From positions 30,736,451-30,800,450 of the forward strand of contig NC_068986.1 of NCBI RefSeq assembly GCF_001194135.2: a stretch of 64,000 bases of DNA, given 5' to 3'. This stretch comes from Octopus bimaculoides (taxonomy: Eukaryota). A program made the translations under genes and the position numbers. How positions within the stretch are numbered: position 1 is the first letter of the stretch; each line of letters opens with the position of its first letter. The notes beneath the pieces are model-generated. The model had not been told where the DNA came from and did not search any database. It saw only the letters and a program-made list of their open reading frames with translations. Positions 62,101 through 64,000 of the stretch are shown piece after piece.

Positions 62101-63749
62101 AGTGAACAGAATCATTCTAGTCTGAATGCAGTCTCGATTTTATAGCCTTTTTTTCTATGGAATAGAGGATATAGCTAAGAGAAAAGATATAGTAAACAAA
62201 AAGAAAAAAAAACCCCGAAAGACACAGTAAAAATCACAATATAAAGTTTGTTAATGCAGATACTGCATAGCATTGTGCGTAATAGAGGATATCATTGCTT
62301 ATCTATACAACAGTATAGTTTTGTGGTTTGAAAGAATGAATTTTTGTTATTATCGTCATTGTTATATGCATTTAGAAAAGCCCTCACAAATGAATCCCTT
62401 TAAACTGATTTATATTTAGTGCATGAATAAAGGACAGCATTTTAGGTCACTTAATTTGGAAAGCATTCAATCTGGTTATTTTTACTTGAAATTAACTTCT
62501 TTCACTTAACTCCTAATAATGAATGAGGGTTGCAGAAAGGTTAAAAAACTATTTGAATGAGTCTGAAATTTAATGCCATTTTTTCCTTATATTAAATTTG
62601 CAGTTATGAAATGGAAATTAAATTTTAAAAAATGTTCATTGAAATATTTATATGTAAAACAACCAGTGGTATATTTTTAAAATTCAAAATATAACTGGTT
62701 TACAGGAGTTAGTCATCGTTGGAAATTGTGTCCATCTGGGGAATTATTTGCTCCACTAACCGCAAACCAGAAGAGAAACCAAGTGTAAGGATGTTATGAT
62801 TTGAGCATCTTTGAAAATGATTGATGGGAGTTTTTCTTTTCTCTTATATCACTGGAAAAAAAAAACACTCGGATAACTGTTTGGATGAGTAACTAAAGTG
62901 AAATTCCACAGATATGTTATTACAAGAATTTGTTGATTACTGTTTCTTCTGTTGAGTCAAAAGGATTGTCATTTCAGCAACTGCCCTTCCATTGATATGA
63001 TGGATTTGCAAAATAGTATCAGATGCCATTATATTTGACCATTTCTTGGATTCATCCTAGTTTTCTTAAGTTTAACCTAAATACCCCATTCTAGGGCTTT
63101 GTTGACACACTTTTTTATTGACTTTATTCATTAACAATTTACATTCTCAATCACTATTCACTGTTGTTTTATATTACTCATTTATAAATTATTTCTGTTT
63201 GTTCCACATAAATCTTCTGGTGTTTAAACAATATATTATCTGTGAAATTCTCAGTTTTTTTTTTACTAGGCTGCCTTACTCTATGTTGACTGTTGCTTCA
63301 ATTCCCAAGTTCATTTAATGTTGTTCCTTGGTGGTATTCAGTAAAAAAAAAAAAGACCTAAGAAATTATCAGACGAGCACATGACACTTTTGTAGATTGG
63401 TAAGCTGAAGAACAAGTGGCATGTTCAGACACCGAATTATGTAAATTTGTACCAACAGAGAGAAACATGCTCGAATATTCTAATAATAATTAAAAAAAAA
63501 AAAAAAATCTCAGAAGATATGGAGTGCTGGCAGAATTAATCTTAGATAAGATGACAATTTCTCTGATGTCTTCACCCATTTATTAGTCTTTCTACATTAG
63601 ATAGTATGGCTAATTGGCAGTTGGAAGCAGATTGTTACCAACATGGTAGGTAGCTTACTTTTGGATTCCATCCAAACTAGAAACTATTGAAGCAGCATTC
63701 TAAATATATGACATTCCCATATTGTTTTAGGCCAACACATCTCGGGTAT

Positions 63750-64000
63750 CATCATCATCATCATCATCATCGTTTAACGTCCGCTTTCCATGCTAGCATG
63801 GGTTGGACGATTTGACTGAGGACTGGTGAAACCGGATGGCAACACCAGGCTCCAGTCTGATTTGGCAGAGTTTCTACAGCTGGATGCCCTTCCTAACGCC
63901 AACCACTCAGAGAGTGTAGTGGGTGCTTTTACGTGTCACCCGCACGAAAACGGCCACGCTCGAAATGGTGTCTTTTATGTGCCACCCGCACAAGCCAGTC
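63750..64000 (-). mobile_element. (GAT)n-tailed retroposon family A, running off the window
   Basis: (CAT)n then cgtttaacgtccgctttccatgctagcatgggttggac.., the reverse complement of family A. Confidence 0.85.

Overview
This is AT-rich, gappy animal genomic DNA, not prokaryotic. The SINE families, (TA)n/(CA)n tracts and N-gaps point to a cephalopod, probably Octopus (inference). It holds three complete intron-containing genes and the first exon of a fourth: METTL9 (- strand, 6 coding exons, 307 aa), RPL14/eL14 (+, 5 exons, 153 aa), RPL23/uL14 (-, 5 exons, 140 aa), and LASP1-like exon 1 (+), which lies head-to-head with RPL23. The main hidden structure is in the RPL14 introns: eight box C/D snoRNA-like units. 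Five match U49/SNORD49 (guide for the 28S rRNA C equivalent to human Cm4456), and three are U49-like variants with a 2-nt deletion in the guide. Seven of the eight sit in one 4.6-kb intron that was partly expanded by an ~1.6-1.7-kb tandem duplication. Candidate frameshifting micro-exons and stop-containing exons lie between the snoRNAs and could give each its own intron. The rest is tRNA-derived SINEs, Tc1/mariner and LINE relics, several fold-back MITEs (two with telomere-like TTAGGG cores), and a probable local misassembly at about 2.3-4.9 kb. All calls were made by eye, repeat boundaries are approximate, and comparisons to known genes and RNAs are from memory, not database searches.
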